From positions 121,487 through 185,486 of IMG/VR virus record IMGVR_UViG_3300018089_000001: a DNA stretch of 64,000 bases. One strand, 5' to 3'. The notes under the pieces are model-generated. The model worked only from the letters and a program-made list of their open reading frames with translations. It ran no database searches and had not been told where the DNA came from. The translations under genes were made by a program, and so were the position numbers. This DNA comes from a virus. Its lineage: Duplodnaviria; Caudoviricetes. Below, piece after piece: positions 45,359-54,777 of this stretch (position 1 is its first letter; each line of letters opens with the position of its first letter).

Positions 45359-45844
45359 TTACGTGGCCGGGCACGCCTCGAGCGTCAGGCCATCCGCTGA
45401 GACATACTCCCGGAAGTGGGCCGGAGCGCTGAGGCCACTCAGGAACTCGATCGTCCAGTACGCCAGGTCATAGGGTCCCCTGGCGCTCCCCGGCTTGATG
45501 TACGGGATCTCCCGGGCCACCTGCTCGATGGAGGCCCGGAGCCACCGGTCCCGGGGAAGGCACTCCGCCGAGTCGACGGACCAGAGGGCCTGGACGACTC
45601 CGTCCGTAAGCAGGACCTCGGCCACGGCGTCGCGGTCCTCCGGCGGCTTGTCCTCGTCCGGCGGGAAGACCGAGCTCAGTGTCCTGTAGATGTGCGGCCG
45701 GAACCTCCACTCCCGGAACCTCTCCAGGGAGCCGGGGACGGCCCAGGCCATGAAGTTGGGGCCGGTCGCGATGAACGGTCGCAGGCCGCGGACCTGGGGA
45801 TGGACGTCCCAGCAGTACCGCTGGATGAGGAACTCACGCGTCAC
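45359..45844 (-). CDS. hypothetical protein
   Basis: ORF in coupled run. Confidence 0.6.
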   Translation of the reverse strand: MTREFLIQRYCWDVHPQVRGLRPFIATGPNFMAWAVPGSLERFREWRFRPHIYRTLSSVFPPDEDKPPEDRDAVAEVLLTDGVVQALWSVDSAECLPRDRWLRASIEQVAREIPYIKPGSARGPYDLAYWTIEFLSGLSAPAHFREYVSADGLTLEACPAT

Positions 45845-46193
45845 GGTTCACCACCCTCGTCTTGCAGAGTCCGCAGGAGAACCACTGGGCCTCCTCGAAC
45901 GTCATCGGGTCGTCCGACGCCCGCCACCCCTCGTAGAGCCGATGGGCCATCGGGTGCGGACACATGACGCCCCAGCCGTGGAGCGTCTCGACGTAGATCT
46001 GCCCGACGTTCCAACGGGCGGCCCCCGCGGAGTTCGTGATGAACTCCTGCGTCAGGAGGCCCTGGACTTCGGGCGTCAGATCGCTCCAGCGCAGCAGTGG
46101 TCCGGTGCGTCGCGCTGCCTGGAACGAGTTGCGGTGTAGGGCCAGCGCGCGCTGGTCAGTTCTTCGGCTCCCACTCTTCGTCGGGGTCGTCAT
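45834..46193 (-). CDS. hypothetical protein with C-terminal Zn ligands
   Basis: CPH..CGLC. Confidence 0.5.
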   Translation of the reverse strand: MTTPTKSGSRRTDQRALALHRNSFQAARRTGPLLRWSDLTPEVQGLLTQEFITNSAGAARWNVGQIYVETLHGWGVMCPHPMAHRLYEGWRASDDPMTFEEAQWFSCGLCKTRVVNRDA

Positions 46194-46446
46194 CCGCCTC
46201 AATGTCCTCGAAGGCTATGAGTTGGCTTCCCAGGAAAAGGACGGCCTCGCTCACCGCCTGGTACTGGAGAGCGAGGGCGAGGGCCTTGGCCTCATCGGAA
46301 TCTGGAGACCTGATCTCGGCCTCGGCGCGGAGCATCAGGTGGTCGAGGACTCCCGAGAGGGCCCCCTCGATCTGCTCCCGCGTCATCGTGCTGTGGACCG
46401 CCATCTCGCGGGCCACAATCTGCAGTGGACTCAGCTTGTTATCCAT
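46156..46446 (-). CDS. hypothetical protein
   Basis: Coupled ORF. Confidence 0.6.
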   Translation of the reverse strand: MDNKLSPLQIVAREMAVHSTMTREQIEGALSGVLDHLMLRAEAEIRSPDSDEAKALALALQYQAVSEAVLFLGSQLIAFEDIEADDDPDEEWEPKN

Positions 46447-46886
46447 TCGAGGTACTTTCGTAGCTCCTTGTCCGTGGGTCGGACGTCGAGCTCTCCTCGA
46501 ACAAATATCCGGTAGCTGTCGGATCCGTACTTTCCGATTCCAGGCAGGTCCATCGGGTCCCGACCGTCCCAGAGACAGGCGTACGCCGCGGACATCCGCC
46601 GCAACGCCTCGGCCCTCCTGTTCTGGAGTCCGAGCTGGCTCAGCAGCGTCCGCAGCTCCTCGGGATCCGCCGTCGCCATGTGCAGGGGCGTCGGCCAGAG
46701 GGCGAAGAGGTCGCGGTGGACGGACTCGAAGGCCCGCCCGGTGCAGAGGTTGAGGCAGACCGCGCAGCAGAGGACGGCCCAGGGATCAAAAGCGTATCTC
46801 TCTTGAAAAAGGTTCAACGGAGAGATCAGCTGTCCTTTTTTCCGTAGCGCGTACTCCAGAATTTTTGGTGTTGGGCCTCGCTCCAT
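46431..46886 (-). CDS. MBD4-like HhH-GPD DNA glycosylase
   Basis: SPLNLFQE..DPW..LN..LGL..R..LPGIGKYGSDSYRIF..PTDKELRKYLEW. Confidence 0.85.
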   Translation of the reverse strand: MERGPTPKILEYALRKKGQLISPLNLFQERYAFDPWAVLCCAVCLNLCTGRAFESVHRDLFALWPTPLHMATADPEELRTLLSQLGLQNRRAEALRRMSAAYACLWDGRDPMDLPGIGKYGSDSYRIFVRGELDVRPTDKELRKYLEWITS

Positions 46887-47284
46887 TTCCTTCCTGCAGT
46901 GTGTTTGTTGCCCTTCATGCGATTTGAGAGATACGCGCTGTATTCCGGCGAACCAAGTTTCATGCGAACCTTAGGTTGCGGCGCATCGGAATAATCTGCC
47001 TGCAGGTAACGGATAGCAGCCTCTAATACTGACACGTCTTCCTTGAACAGTCCGATCGCGTGATTGCAATCATTGCAAAGTAAACCTCGAATGCGGTTTG
47101 TAATGTGACAGTGATCGACAGAAAGATTACGAATGGAGCCGTCACGCTTTCTAGTCTTCTCTGCCTTACCACAAATCGCGCAAATTCCACCTTGCTTTGA
47201 ATTCAACTGCTCAAAGATTTCCTGCGTCGCCACGCCGCTTTTGGCGATGATTCCCAGCTTAGCTTTCGGAGGAAATTTCTTCAC
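46826..47284 (-). mobile_element. endonuclease VII-type homing endonuclease with NUMOD3-like tail
   Basis: QGGICAIC..LSVDHCH..IRGLLCNDCN..IG; AT-rich. Confidence 0.85.
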
Positions 47285-47299
47285 AACGGCTTCCGCGGG

Positions 47300-47653
47300 T
47301 CACGCGTCCGGGATCGCGTCAAGGCTGTGCCCACCGTGGCGACTCTTGATGACCCTAAGCCTGCCGTCGTCATAGACGCCGATGATCACGTCGGCGTCGT
47401 GTTTCTCGGAAAGCCTGAGAGTGGAGCTGACGTGCCATACACCGAGGTAATGGCGCCATATCCACCAATTCCCAGACCGACCTCGGCAGTCCCGTTCGAT
47501 CCCTGGACGCTGTACCGCCGGAATCTTTGGCAAGACCCTGCGCCAACACGAGACGTCGGCCGCCGCGGCAGGGGGCCTGAGGTCACACTCGGCGGAACAG
47601 GCCACGCTTGTGAAGAGCTGGATCATGGGCGCGGAGCAGTTCGGACATTGCAT
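47300..47653 (-). CDS. Zn-finger protein, paralog A
   Basis: CPNC..LFTSVAC; WRRVLPKIPA; VIKSRHG. Confidence 0.65.
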   Translation of the reverse strand: MQCPNCSAPMIQLFTSVACSAECDLRPPAAAADVSCWRRVLPKIPAVQRPGIERDCRGRSGNWWIWRHYLGVWHVSSTLRLSEKHDADVIIGVYDDGRLRVIKSRHGGHSLDAIPDA

Positions 47654-47674
47654 GCGTCGACATCCGTGTTGGGG

Positions 47675-48037
47675 TTACGCGTCAGGAACTTCTTCGATGC
47701 GGCAGCTCCCGTACCGGTTCTTCACCACGCTCAGCGTGCCGTCGGGATTGACCCGTGCCATCATAGCGCAGTAGAGGAGGTCGTCCCGTGAGACCCCCCG
47801 CTCACAGTACCATATCGGTCCAAAGACCATCATCGGCATCTCCCATACGAACCACTCAACGCCGCCCCACCACAGGGCCTTCTGCTCGACTACGGGTCTC
47901 ATAATCGCAGGGACCTTCGGGAGGATCCGGCGCCAGTCCGAGCTCACGGGACCCTTGCCGCAGCGATCGTTCGGGCAGTACACGCTCGTGAAGAGCGGAC
48001 GTAGATCGGACCCGCACGTGGGACACTCCCGCGTCAT
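47675..48037 (-). CDS. Zn-finger protein, paralog B
   Basis: CPTC..LFTSVYC; WRRILPKVPA; VVKNRYG. Confidence 0.65.
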   Translation of the reverse strand: MTRECPTCGSDLRPLFTSVYCPNDRCGKGPVSSDWRRILPKVPAIMRPVVEQKALWWGGVEWFVWEMPMMVFGPIWYCERGVSRDDLLYCAMMARVNPDGTLSVVKNRYGSCRIEEVPDA

Positions 48038-48870
48038 GCCCGCTGACACCTCCCGCAGAGGAACGTCGCCCGCCCATCGAGCTGGACCCTCGTGACGGCT
48101 TCCCCACAGGAGCCACACGCGGAGCGTCTGTAGACTTTCAACCAGGAGTATGTGACCTGCGGGATGGAGTGAAGCACAGCACACCGCAGGGCCTCGTGGA
48201 GCACAGGAATGAGGCCTGGGTAGACCTGGTTGGCCGGTTGGCGGGGATCGACGCCCGCGAGGTGGCAGGCCTCGTTCGCGTAGATGTTGCCGATGCCCGC
48301 GATGAACGACTGGTCCATCAACAATGACTTGACGGGCCGCCGGCAGTTCACAACGCCGTCCGCGAAGTGTCGGAGCGACGCGACTTCCCGACCATGGAGC
48401 ATGTTAGGAGTCCGCATCAATTCAGGACCGACATCGGGCAGCATCCCACTCATCTCCATGCTGCCGAAGAGGCGGGCGTCGTGGAAGCGCAGGACCCGCC
48501 CGTCCCCGAAGAGGAACCTCACCCGCACGTCCGAGTCGGACGGCTCACGGGCCCCCTCGACGTAGTCGAAGGTCCACGGCTCGTGCTCCCAGTCGAAGTA
48601 CCCCGTCATCGCGTTGTGGACGCGAATGTAGAAGCAGCGTGAGTCCGGGTCGTCCTGATACGGGATCAGGAAGAGGACGACCTTGCCGACCCTGCAGACG
48701 TCCCGCACGGGAAGCGGATTGAGGTACCAACCGTCAGCTCCCGCGGGACCCTCGGGACACGCGAAATACTTCCCGTTCCACCTGACGGTCTCCAGGCCGA
48801 CGAGGGTGTTCCCCACGGCGTAGCGCCGGACGACCCCGGTGATCGCGTCGACCTCAGGCAGCTCTGGCAC
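48034..48870 (-). CDS. mutM: formamidopyrimidine-DNA glycosylase (Fpg/Nei)
   Basis: MPELPEV, DARLFG, LLMDQSFIAGIGNIYANE, C-terminal Zn finger. Confidence 0.93.
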   Translation of the reverse strand: MPELPEVDAITGVVRRYAVGNTLVGLETVRWNGKYFACPEGPAGADGWYLNPLPVRDVCRVGKVVLFLIPYQDDPDSRCFYIRVHNAMTGYFDWEHEPWTFDYVEGAREPSDSDVRVRFLFGDGRVLRFHDARLFGSMEMSGMLPDVGPELMRTPNMLHGREVASLRHFADGVVNCRRPVKSLLMDQSFIAGIGNIYANEACHLAGVDPRQPANQVYPGLIPVLHEALRCAVLHSIPQVTYSWLKVYRRSACGSCGEAVTRVQLDGRATFLCGRCQRA

Positions 48871-49177
48871 GGCGTCGCTCCCTCCACCATCGGCGGAACG
48901 CGCCGAGCGGCCTGACCTCGAGGAGCCACTCGCCCCGCAGGACGATCCGGCCCTCGTGGACCCGCGTCACGATCCCGAAGACGTAGCGGTCCCCGAGGGC
49001 CACGCCGGGGAAGGACGACTCGGAGTCGACGATCCTGATGTCCAGGTCCCGCTCGTAGCCCAGCGCCTCGAGGCGCTTGACGGCGGCGTCGATGGCCATG
49101 ATGATCGACCGGGTCGTCCGGTCGATCGCCGCGATCGGCTCCGATCCGTCGACCTCGATGACGTCCTCGCGGTCCAT
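48854..49177 (-). CDS. hypothetical protein
   Basis: Coupled ORF. Confidence 0.6.
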   Translation of the reverse strand: MDREDVIEVDGSEPIAAIDRTTRSIIMAIDAAVKRLEALGYERDLDIRIVDSESSFPGVALGDRYVFGIVTRVHEGRIVLRGEWLLEVRPLGAFRRWWRERRRARAA

Positions 49178-49488
49178 CAGTTCGTCCCCTCGGCCGGGGG
49201 CGCCAGGGCGCCGGCGACGAGGTGTCCGTTGAAAGTGAGCTGTGGGCCGTCCGCGCTAGGCTCCATCCGCCAGAGCTTCCGCGCGTCGTCGAGGACGCCG
49301 GCGAACTCCTCGTTCGACACCCCTTCACAGACCAACGCGCCGGCTACGGCGACGGCCAGGGCGCTGGAGGCGTGACGGACATCGAAGCCGTCGCTGGCGA
49401 GCTGGAGAACCAGCTTTCTGAGCGTGGTTCGGCCGGCTTCGACCAGCTCCGCTGCCTGCCGTAGGGTCATGTTCTCACCATTTGCCAT
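49177..49488 (-). CDS. hypothetical protein
   Basis: TATAAT-N6-ATG start (MANGENMTL...). Confidence 0.6.
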   Translation of the reverse strand: MANGENMTLRQAAELVEAGRTTLRKLVLQLASDGFDVRHASSALAVAVAGALVCEGVSNEEFAGVLDDARKLWRMEPSADGPQLTFNGHLVAGALAPPAEGTN

Positions 49489-49564
49489 TTTTGGATTATA
49501 AGCCGGCCGGGAACAGCGGGAGACGGACGCGCCCGCCAAGGCGACAGCGATATAATCTTTCTTG

Positions 49565-49981
49565 ATGGGGAACCCCGGAAACCAGCGGATACTCTTCCTC
49601 GACGACTCCGCGTGGCGACACGCGGAGTTCCTGAGGGTCACCGAGTCGAGGGGACTCGAGATCCACAGGGCCCACACCGCGGAGGAAGCGATCAGGCTCC
49701 TAAACGAGCGTGAGTTCCACCAGGTCTTCCTGGACCACGACCTCGACGAGTCCGACGTCATGTGTCGGGTGGGAGAGCCCACGGTCGCTGCCACCGGCAT
49801 GGCGGTGGTGGACCACATCCTCAGCATGGAGCGACCCCCGCTCAACGTGCTGATCCACAGCTGCAACGCGCCCGCCGCCACCGAGATGCATCTCAGGCTC
49901 GACCGGCATCCCGCCGGGATCAGCGTCAGCCGCTGCCCGTTCCCGTTCCTACTGCAGGCGCTGGGGTCGCAGAGACGCTGA
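49565..49981 (+). CDS. cyclic-phosphate-processing receiver-domain protein
   Basis: ILFLDD, FLDHDL, TG, IHSCN..M; divergent TATAAT promoter. Confidence 0.8.
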   Translation: MGNPGNQRILFLDDSAWRHAEFLRVTESRGLEIHRAHTAEEAIRLLNEREFHQVFLDHDLDESDVMCRVGEPTVAATGMAVVDHILSMERPPLNVLIHSCNAPAATEMHLRLDRHPAGISVSRCPFPFLLQALGSQRR

Positions 49982-50360
49982 CGCGTCCGACGCCGGGTCT
50001 AAACCGGACGTGCCAGGAGGGCACGTCCGGGCGACCCGCCGCCCTGTAAGTCTCGAGCCTCCGGTGTCCGTCCCAGAGCGACGGCGGGCCGTCGAGCGTG
50101 GCAGCGACCAGCGGGACGGAGTCGACGTCACCCCGCCTACCCAGGAGCTGACGCAGGGCGGGGTACCCACCGGGACGCACGGCGTGTCCCCGCTTCGGGT
50201 TCGTCCGCCACCCCGTCGACAGTGGGATCCGCTCGAAGGAGACCTCGCAGTCGAGGCGGCCCGGCGCGAGCGCCGCCTCGATCCGCGCCGCCGTGAACTC
50301 CGCGATGGCCCTCGCGTCGTCGTCGTACCGGCGGTCCCAGGTCCTCACGGCTGAGGCCAT
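49926..50360 (-). CDS. ParB-N-like protein
   Basis: LWDGHRRL. Confidence 0.55.
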   Translation of the reverse strand: MASAVRTWDRRYDDDARAIAEFTAARIEAALAPGRLDCEVSFERIPLSTGWRTNPKRGHAVRPGGYPALRQLLGRRGDVDSVPLVAATLDGPPSLWDGHRRLETYRAAGRPDVPSWHVRFRPGVGRVSVSATPAPAVGTGTGSG

Positions 50361-50400
50361 GAGGAGTCCGACGAGCTCACTCCGGCTGAGGGGGCGCCCG

Positions 50401-50655
50401 TCAGTAGACCTCAGGCTCGCCCTCCGCGGGTCCGGCCGACAGGCCGGACATCAGGTCGTCGTAGTCGTCCATCGTCAGGGTCCTCCCCTCGCCCGCCAGC
50501 GACTCGATCGCCTCCGCGAGCCGATGGAGCGCGACGTCCCCGCTGGCCTCCTCCCGGCTCCACTCGAGGAGCCTGATGAGGAGCTCCATGTCGACGGAGA
50601 GGCCGCGCGGCGCGCGGGCCTCCCGAAGCACGAACAGGCGGGAGACGCGGGTCAC
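50401..50655 (-). CDS. hypothetical protein
   Basis: DMELLIRLLEWSREE..DVALH. Confidence 0.55.
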   Translation of the reverse strand: MTRVSRLFVLREARAPRGLSVDMELLIRLLEWSREEASGDVALHRLAEAIESLAGEGRTLTMDDYDDLMSGLSAGPAEGEPEVY

Positions 50656-52727
50656 CGGCCCCTCCCCACGACCCTCATGATCTTGGCGAGGCCGGACTTC
50701 GGGGCGAAGTCCACGGGCTCCGTGTTGGGTCCCTCGTCCATGCCGTACATCGGGAGAAGTCGACCGATGCCGACGGGACCGCGCTTGGACGGATCGGGGG
50801 CCGGGTCCTCCTCGCAGTCGGCCACCGCGTCCTCCATCATCGCGACCAGACGGGTCGCGGCGCTCTCGTTCGCGGCCGGTCCGCCCGTCTCGGGGTCACG
50901 CCCGTCGTGCTCGAAGACCGCCCGGGCCACAGTCAGGAACTTCTTGACCATGATGCGCGGGACCCCGCGGCGCAGCACGATCGTGTAGACGTCGTCGATG
51001 TTCGCGGCCCTCCGGATCTCACTGAAGAGGGGGTCGCTCGCGTCGAAGTCCTCGAAGCCCCTCGCCTTGGGCATGTCGGTCAGGATGTCGTACATCGCCG
51101 CCTCGGCGCGCAGGCCGTTCTCGTCGGGACGGGGCAGCCAATCGGGGACGGCTCCGGTCCCCAGCGCGCTGGGGACCGGAGCCTCTGGCTCTATCTCCTG
51201 CTCCTCCTCGGCCGGCTCGTCCTCGACGGGCTCGCCCTCCTCCTCCGGCTCCGCCGTCTCGTACTCCTCAGGCACCTCGAAGGCGTTCCCGAAGCCGAAG
51301 AGCGCGACGGAGAGGGCGTCGCGGAACCCCTTGCGGGGCCTGTCACCCCACGCGTCGGCCACCGCAGCGCTGAGGGCGTCCTCGTCCTCGGCCGAGGAGG
51401 CCGCCTCCCACAGCGGGTCGTCCGGGCCGACGCCGTACTCGTTCACGAGCCGATACATCGCCTGCTCAGGGGCGGAGCCGGTCGGATCCGTGGCGGGGGT
51501 CCAGTCCGGGAAGTCTCCGGCCGCGGCCTCCTCGGTCTCCCCCTCTTCCCCGGGGGCCTCCTCCTCGCCCCCCTCGCCGCGCATCTCGGCCTCGAGGTCG
51601 GGGCCGCCCTCGCTGGGCGGGTCGAGGAGGCTCGGCCAGTTCTCCGCGAGCCACTCGTGGATCCCGGCGTACTCGTCGTCGAACTGCTCGTCCCCCAGCG
51701 TCTGGAGCTCCACGCCGGAGTCCGGCGGGATCTCGTTGCCCATCGCGTCGGTGACCGTCGCGGACTCGCCGTCCCAGGTCACCCTACCGGGAGAGAGCCT
51801 CCCCTGGTAGCGGAGCATCGCCCGCAGCTCGATTCCCCCGGGGGCCTCCCCTCCCTCGTCACCGCCGACGTCGACGTCGGCGAACGGGCTGGCGGCGTCC
51901 GGTTGGGTCTTGTCGGCGGCGTCGTCCTCCCACTCCGCGGGGTCGACGTCGGCCTCCGCCTCCGGCTCCGGGGCGGGCTGGGGAGGACGCGGCCTGAAGC
52001 CCGGCCGGCCGGCCTGCGAGAGGTCCGTGCGCGGCTGGCCCACTTTGAACGGCGTGGCGGGCTCCTCGGGGGCCGCCGAGGCCCGGGCCGCCAGCTTCCT
52101 CTCCGCGTCCTGCACGTCCGCCTGGTCGGCCCGCCCGGAGTTGACCAGGTGCTGGCTAGCCACGAGCATGGCCTCGGCCCGCATGCGGGCCGGAAGCGTC
52201 ATGACGGACCGCATGACGGAGTTCATGTCCGTCATGGCGCGCCACTGCGCCAGCTGCCTCTTCAGCTCGATCCCGCCCATGTACTCCTCGAGCTTGTCGA
52301 GGGCGTCGCCGACGGGGTCCTCGGCCTCCATCTCCGGGGCCTCTTCCCCCGTGGGGGCCTGCCGCAGCGGGGCGTCGAGGCCCCACTGGTACGAGGCGGC
52401 GCCCCTGAATCCACGGCGACCCGACCTGGTGATGACCAGCGGACGATCCTGGGAGAGGCCGTACCGCGCCTTGTCCCGGTACCGTTCCTTCGAGGACTTT
52501 GGGTCGTACTTCGCGACCCACTTGTTGAAGATGGTCGAGAACTGCTGCTCGGTGCCCATGCCTCCGGCCGCGGTGTAGATCCGGTAGGCGTCGCGGATCG
52601 TGAAGCTCCGCGGCTCCCCGGTCTCCGGGTCGATCGGCTGCTTCGCCGCCCAATCAAGCACCGCCCAGGAGGCGTCCCCGCGGGTCCGGGCCATCTCAAT
52701 GAGATCGTAGAGCTCGAGGAGCGTCAT
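50652..52727 (-). CDS. large acidic protein with internal repeat (possible virion/ejection protein)
   Basis: 691 aa, Glu/Pro-rich linkers, two DWxP..AMY..DPL repeats. Confidence 0.75.
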   Translation of the reverse strand: MTLLELYDLIEMARTRGDASWAVLDWAAKQPIDPETGEPRSFTIRDAYRIYTAAGGMGTEQQFSTIFNKWVAKYDPKSSKERYRDKARYGLSQDRPLVITRSGRRGFRGAASYQWGLDAPLRQAPTGEEAPEMEAEDPVGDALDKLEEYMGGIELKRQLAQWRAMTDMNSVMRSVMTLPARMRAEAMLVASQHLVNSGRADQADVQDAERKLAARASAAPEEPATPFKVGQPRTDLSQAGRPGFRPRPPQPAPEPEAEADVDPAEWEDDAADKTQPDAASPFADVDVGGDEGGEAPGGIELRAMLRYQGRLSPGRVTWDGESATVTDAMGNEIPPDSGVELQTLGDEQFDDEYAGIHEWLAENWPSLLDPPSEGGPDLEAEMRGEGGEEEAPGEEGETEEAAAGDFPDWTPATDPTGSAPEQAMYRLVNEYGVGPDDPLWEAASSAEDEDALSAAVADAWGDRPRKGFRDALSVALFGFGNAFEVPEEYETAEPEEEGEPVEDEPAEEEQEIEPEAPVPSALGTGAVPDWLPRPDENGLRAEAAMYDILTDMPKARGFEDFDASDPLFSEIRRAANIDDVYTIVLRRGVPRIMVKKFLTVARAVFEHDGRDPETGGPAANESAATRLVAMMEDAVADCEEDPAPDPSKRGPVGIGRLLPMYGMDEGPNTEPVDFAPKSGLAKIMRVVGRGR

Positions 52728-52774
52728 GTCACTGCAAGGTATGCCGCGGATGGTTGGTGTGGTACCATAGGGGG

Positions 52775-53098
52775 ATGTTGATAGCCATGACGGTCGTCGC
52801 CTCCCTGTTCGCCTACGCCTTCGTCGGGGGCGTCGTCCACCGGGCGCTCGTCCTCCACGGGAACCGCGTGACGGGCAACGTCGAGGACGTCGCCGCCTGC
52901 ATCTGGCCGCTCATCCCGGTCATGTTCCTGGTCAGCTGGACGTATTCGGTGCTGAGGTGGGCGTTCGTTCAGCCGATCCGGGCCGGCCAGCTGGTACCCG
53001 AGCTCCCGGGTCGGCTGCTCGCGTGGGCCCACTCACGGGAATGGAGGCCGGGCCGAAGACGGGGCGACCGCATCCCGCCGGCCCGCGTGGTCCGGTGA
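52775..53098 (+). CDS. membrane protein
   Basis: Two TM segments; TGGTACCAT-N6-ATG. Confidence 0.6.
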   Translation: MLIAMTVVASLFAYAFVGGVVHRALVLHGNRVTGNVEDVAACIWPLIPVMFLVSWTYSVLRWAFVQPIRAGQLVPELPGRLLAWAHSREWRPGRRRGDRIPPARVVR

Positions 53099-53314
53099 GG
53101 CGGCCCTGCCCGAACTGCGGGGCCGAGGTCCCGGTCGTCCCGGGCTTCCGCAACTTCACGGTGGCCCACGTCCGGCCTTCGCCGGCGCCGGTCGTCGGGC
53201 AGCGGAAACTCGTGTTCTGCCTTCCCGCGGTCCAGCGGGGTCCGGGCTGGGAGCTGCCCGAGTCGACCCGGCGGCAGGCCTGGGAGGACGACTCGCTCTG
53301 GGACGGGCTCTAGC

Positions 53315-53848
53315 TCAGGGACCCCAGGCGATCAGGTTGCCGTGCCCACGCCCGCGGTCGTCGAAGCGGGTCCCGAAGACGCGGGTCGACATCCCGATCG
53401 ACTCGAAGTCCGCCGGGGCGGGACCCCAGTGGTGGAACTCGGGGTCCGCGGGGTCCCTCCCTTGCGGCTGGAACCCCCACGGGCAGGAGACCAGCACGCG
53501 GCGGTGCTCCCCCATGAGGCGGGTCAGGCACGCCAGGGCGTCGGCCCGGGGGACGTGCTCGGGACCCTCGTCCCAGAAAACCAGGCCGAACGAGCGGCCG
53601 GCGAGGGGCCTCGGGTCCCGGACGTCACCCCTGATGAGGTCGGACGTGTGGCGCGTCGCGGACGCGAGTCCGGACTCCATGACGTCCATGACGGCCAGGG
53701 AGGGCCCGCCGAGGGCGGCCCGGAACTCGGTGGCCCACCACGGACTGGTGTCGCCCCGATGGCCGACGTAGAGGAGGGAGCCCACGGGGGCGCGGGCGGG
53801 GGCCCACTCGCGGGCCAGGAAGTCGAAGGCGAGGCCGACGGTCGGCAT
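53315..53848 (-). CDS. methyltransferase-like protein
   Basis: LLYVG, MDV, GDVR, PEHV, SCPWG. Confidence 0.65.
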   Translation of the reverse strand: MPTVGLAFDFLAREWAPARAPVGSLLYVGHRGDTSPWWATEFRAALGGPSLAVMDVMESGLASATRHTSDLIRGDVRDPRPLAGRSFGLVFWDEGPEHVPRADALACLTRLMGEHRRVLVSCPWGFQPQGRDPADPEFHHWGPAPADFESIGMSTRVFGTRFDDRGRGHGNLIAWGP

Positions 53849-53882
53849 GATGGACAGGTATGGCCGGTGGTAGGATGGGGAC

Positions 53883-54251
53883 ATGCCACCACCGCCATCC
53901 AGGGGAGACCTGGAGGACATCTTCTGGTCCGCCGCGCTGGCCCTGCTCAGCGGACGGGCAGCCGTCATCCACGGGGACATGGGGCGTGAGTCCCGCTACC
54001 CGCAGGTCAGGCTGGACATGCGCCTGGTCATGGCCGACCGGGACCCCGTACCCGACGACCCGCGGCAGCTCCGGCTGGCGGTGGCGACGATGCTGGCCGA
54101 ACGGATCGGGATGCGGCTGACACCGACGGCCCCGCCGACGACCGGCACAGTGTCCGTGTCAGCCCCCATCGCGCCGGACCAGCCGACCCAGCCGCCCCGG
54201 AGGGACGAGGACGACAGCCGGACCAGGTTCTCGCTGCTGGAGCTCGACTGA
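53883..54251 (+). CDS. hypothetical protein
   Basis: TGGTAGGAT-N6-ATG; ends RFSLLELD. Confidence 0.6.
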   Translation: MPPPPSRGDLEDIFWSAALALLSGRAAVIHGDMGRESRYPQVRLDMRLVMADRDPVPDDPRQLRLAVATMLAERIGMRLTPTAPPTTGTVSVSAPIAPDQPTQPPRRDEDDSRTRFSLLELD

Positions 54252-54481
54252 TGGCGGGGACGACGGCCGAGGGGATGCGGGCCGCGCTGCGGGCCGCGAT
54301 CACGGACAGGGACAGCGCGGCGTACGTGGAGGGGATGGAGGCCCTGCTGGAGACCGAGGAGGGACCGGGGTGGGCCACGGAGGGACTCGCGGAGGACGAC
54401 CTGGAGTGGACCTCGCGCCACATGCACCTCCGGACGACGGAGGACGGGAGGGTCGTGATGTCCCTCCGGGTGCTCGATTGA
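54251..54481 (+). CDS. hypothetical protein
   Basis: Coupled ORF. Confidence 0.55.
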   Translation: MAGTTAEGMRAALRAAITDRDSAAYVEGMEALLETEEGPGWATEGLAEDDLEWTSRHMHLRTTEDGRVVMSLRVLD

Positions 54482-54777
54482 CGGGCGCCGGGTGCTGGCG
54501 GGGGGCCGACCCGGGCTGCTCGGCCGGCTGCAACACGGCCTGGGGATGGGCCTGCAGCTGCGGGGCCCAGCACGACCGGGAGACGTGCGGCGCGGAAAAC
54601 TGCCGGCGCTGCTGGGAGGCCGAGTGGCCGCGGCAGCGGGCCCAGTTCATCGTGAGGGTGACTCCTGATGGCCGGGAGCTCTTCCAGTGCGTCGGGTTCG
54701 ACCGGTGCGGGTGGTGGGTGGAGATCAGGGACGGGGCGTGCGAGGAGTGCGCCCAGACAAAAGGAGATGAGGAGTGA
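54478..54777 (+). CDS. Cys-rich hypothetical protein
   Basis: Multiple CxxC; TTG start coupled. Confidence 0.5.
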   Translation: MTGAGCWRGADPGCSAGCNTAWGWACSCGAQHDRETCGAENCRRCWEAEWPRQRAQFIVRVTPDGRELFQCVGFDRCGWWVEIRDGACEECAQTKGDEE

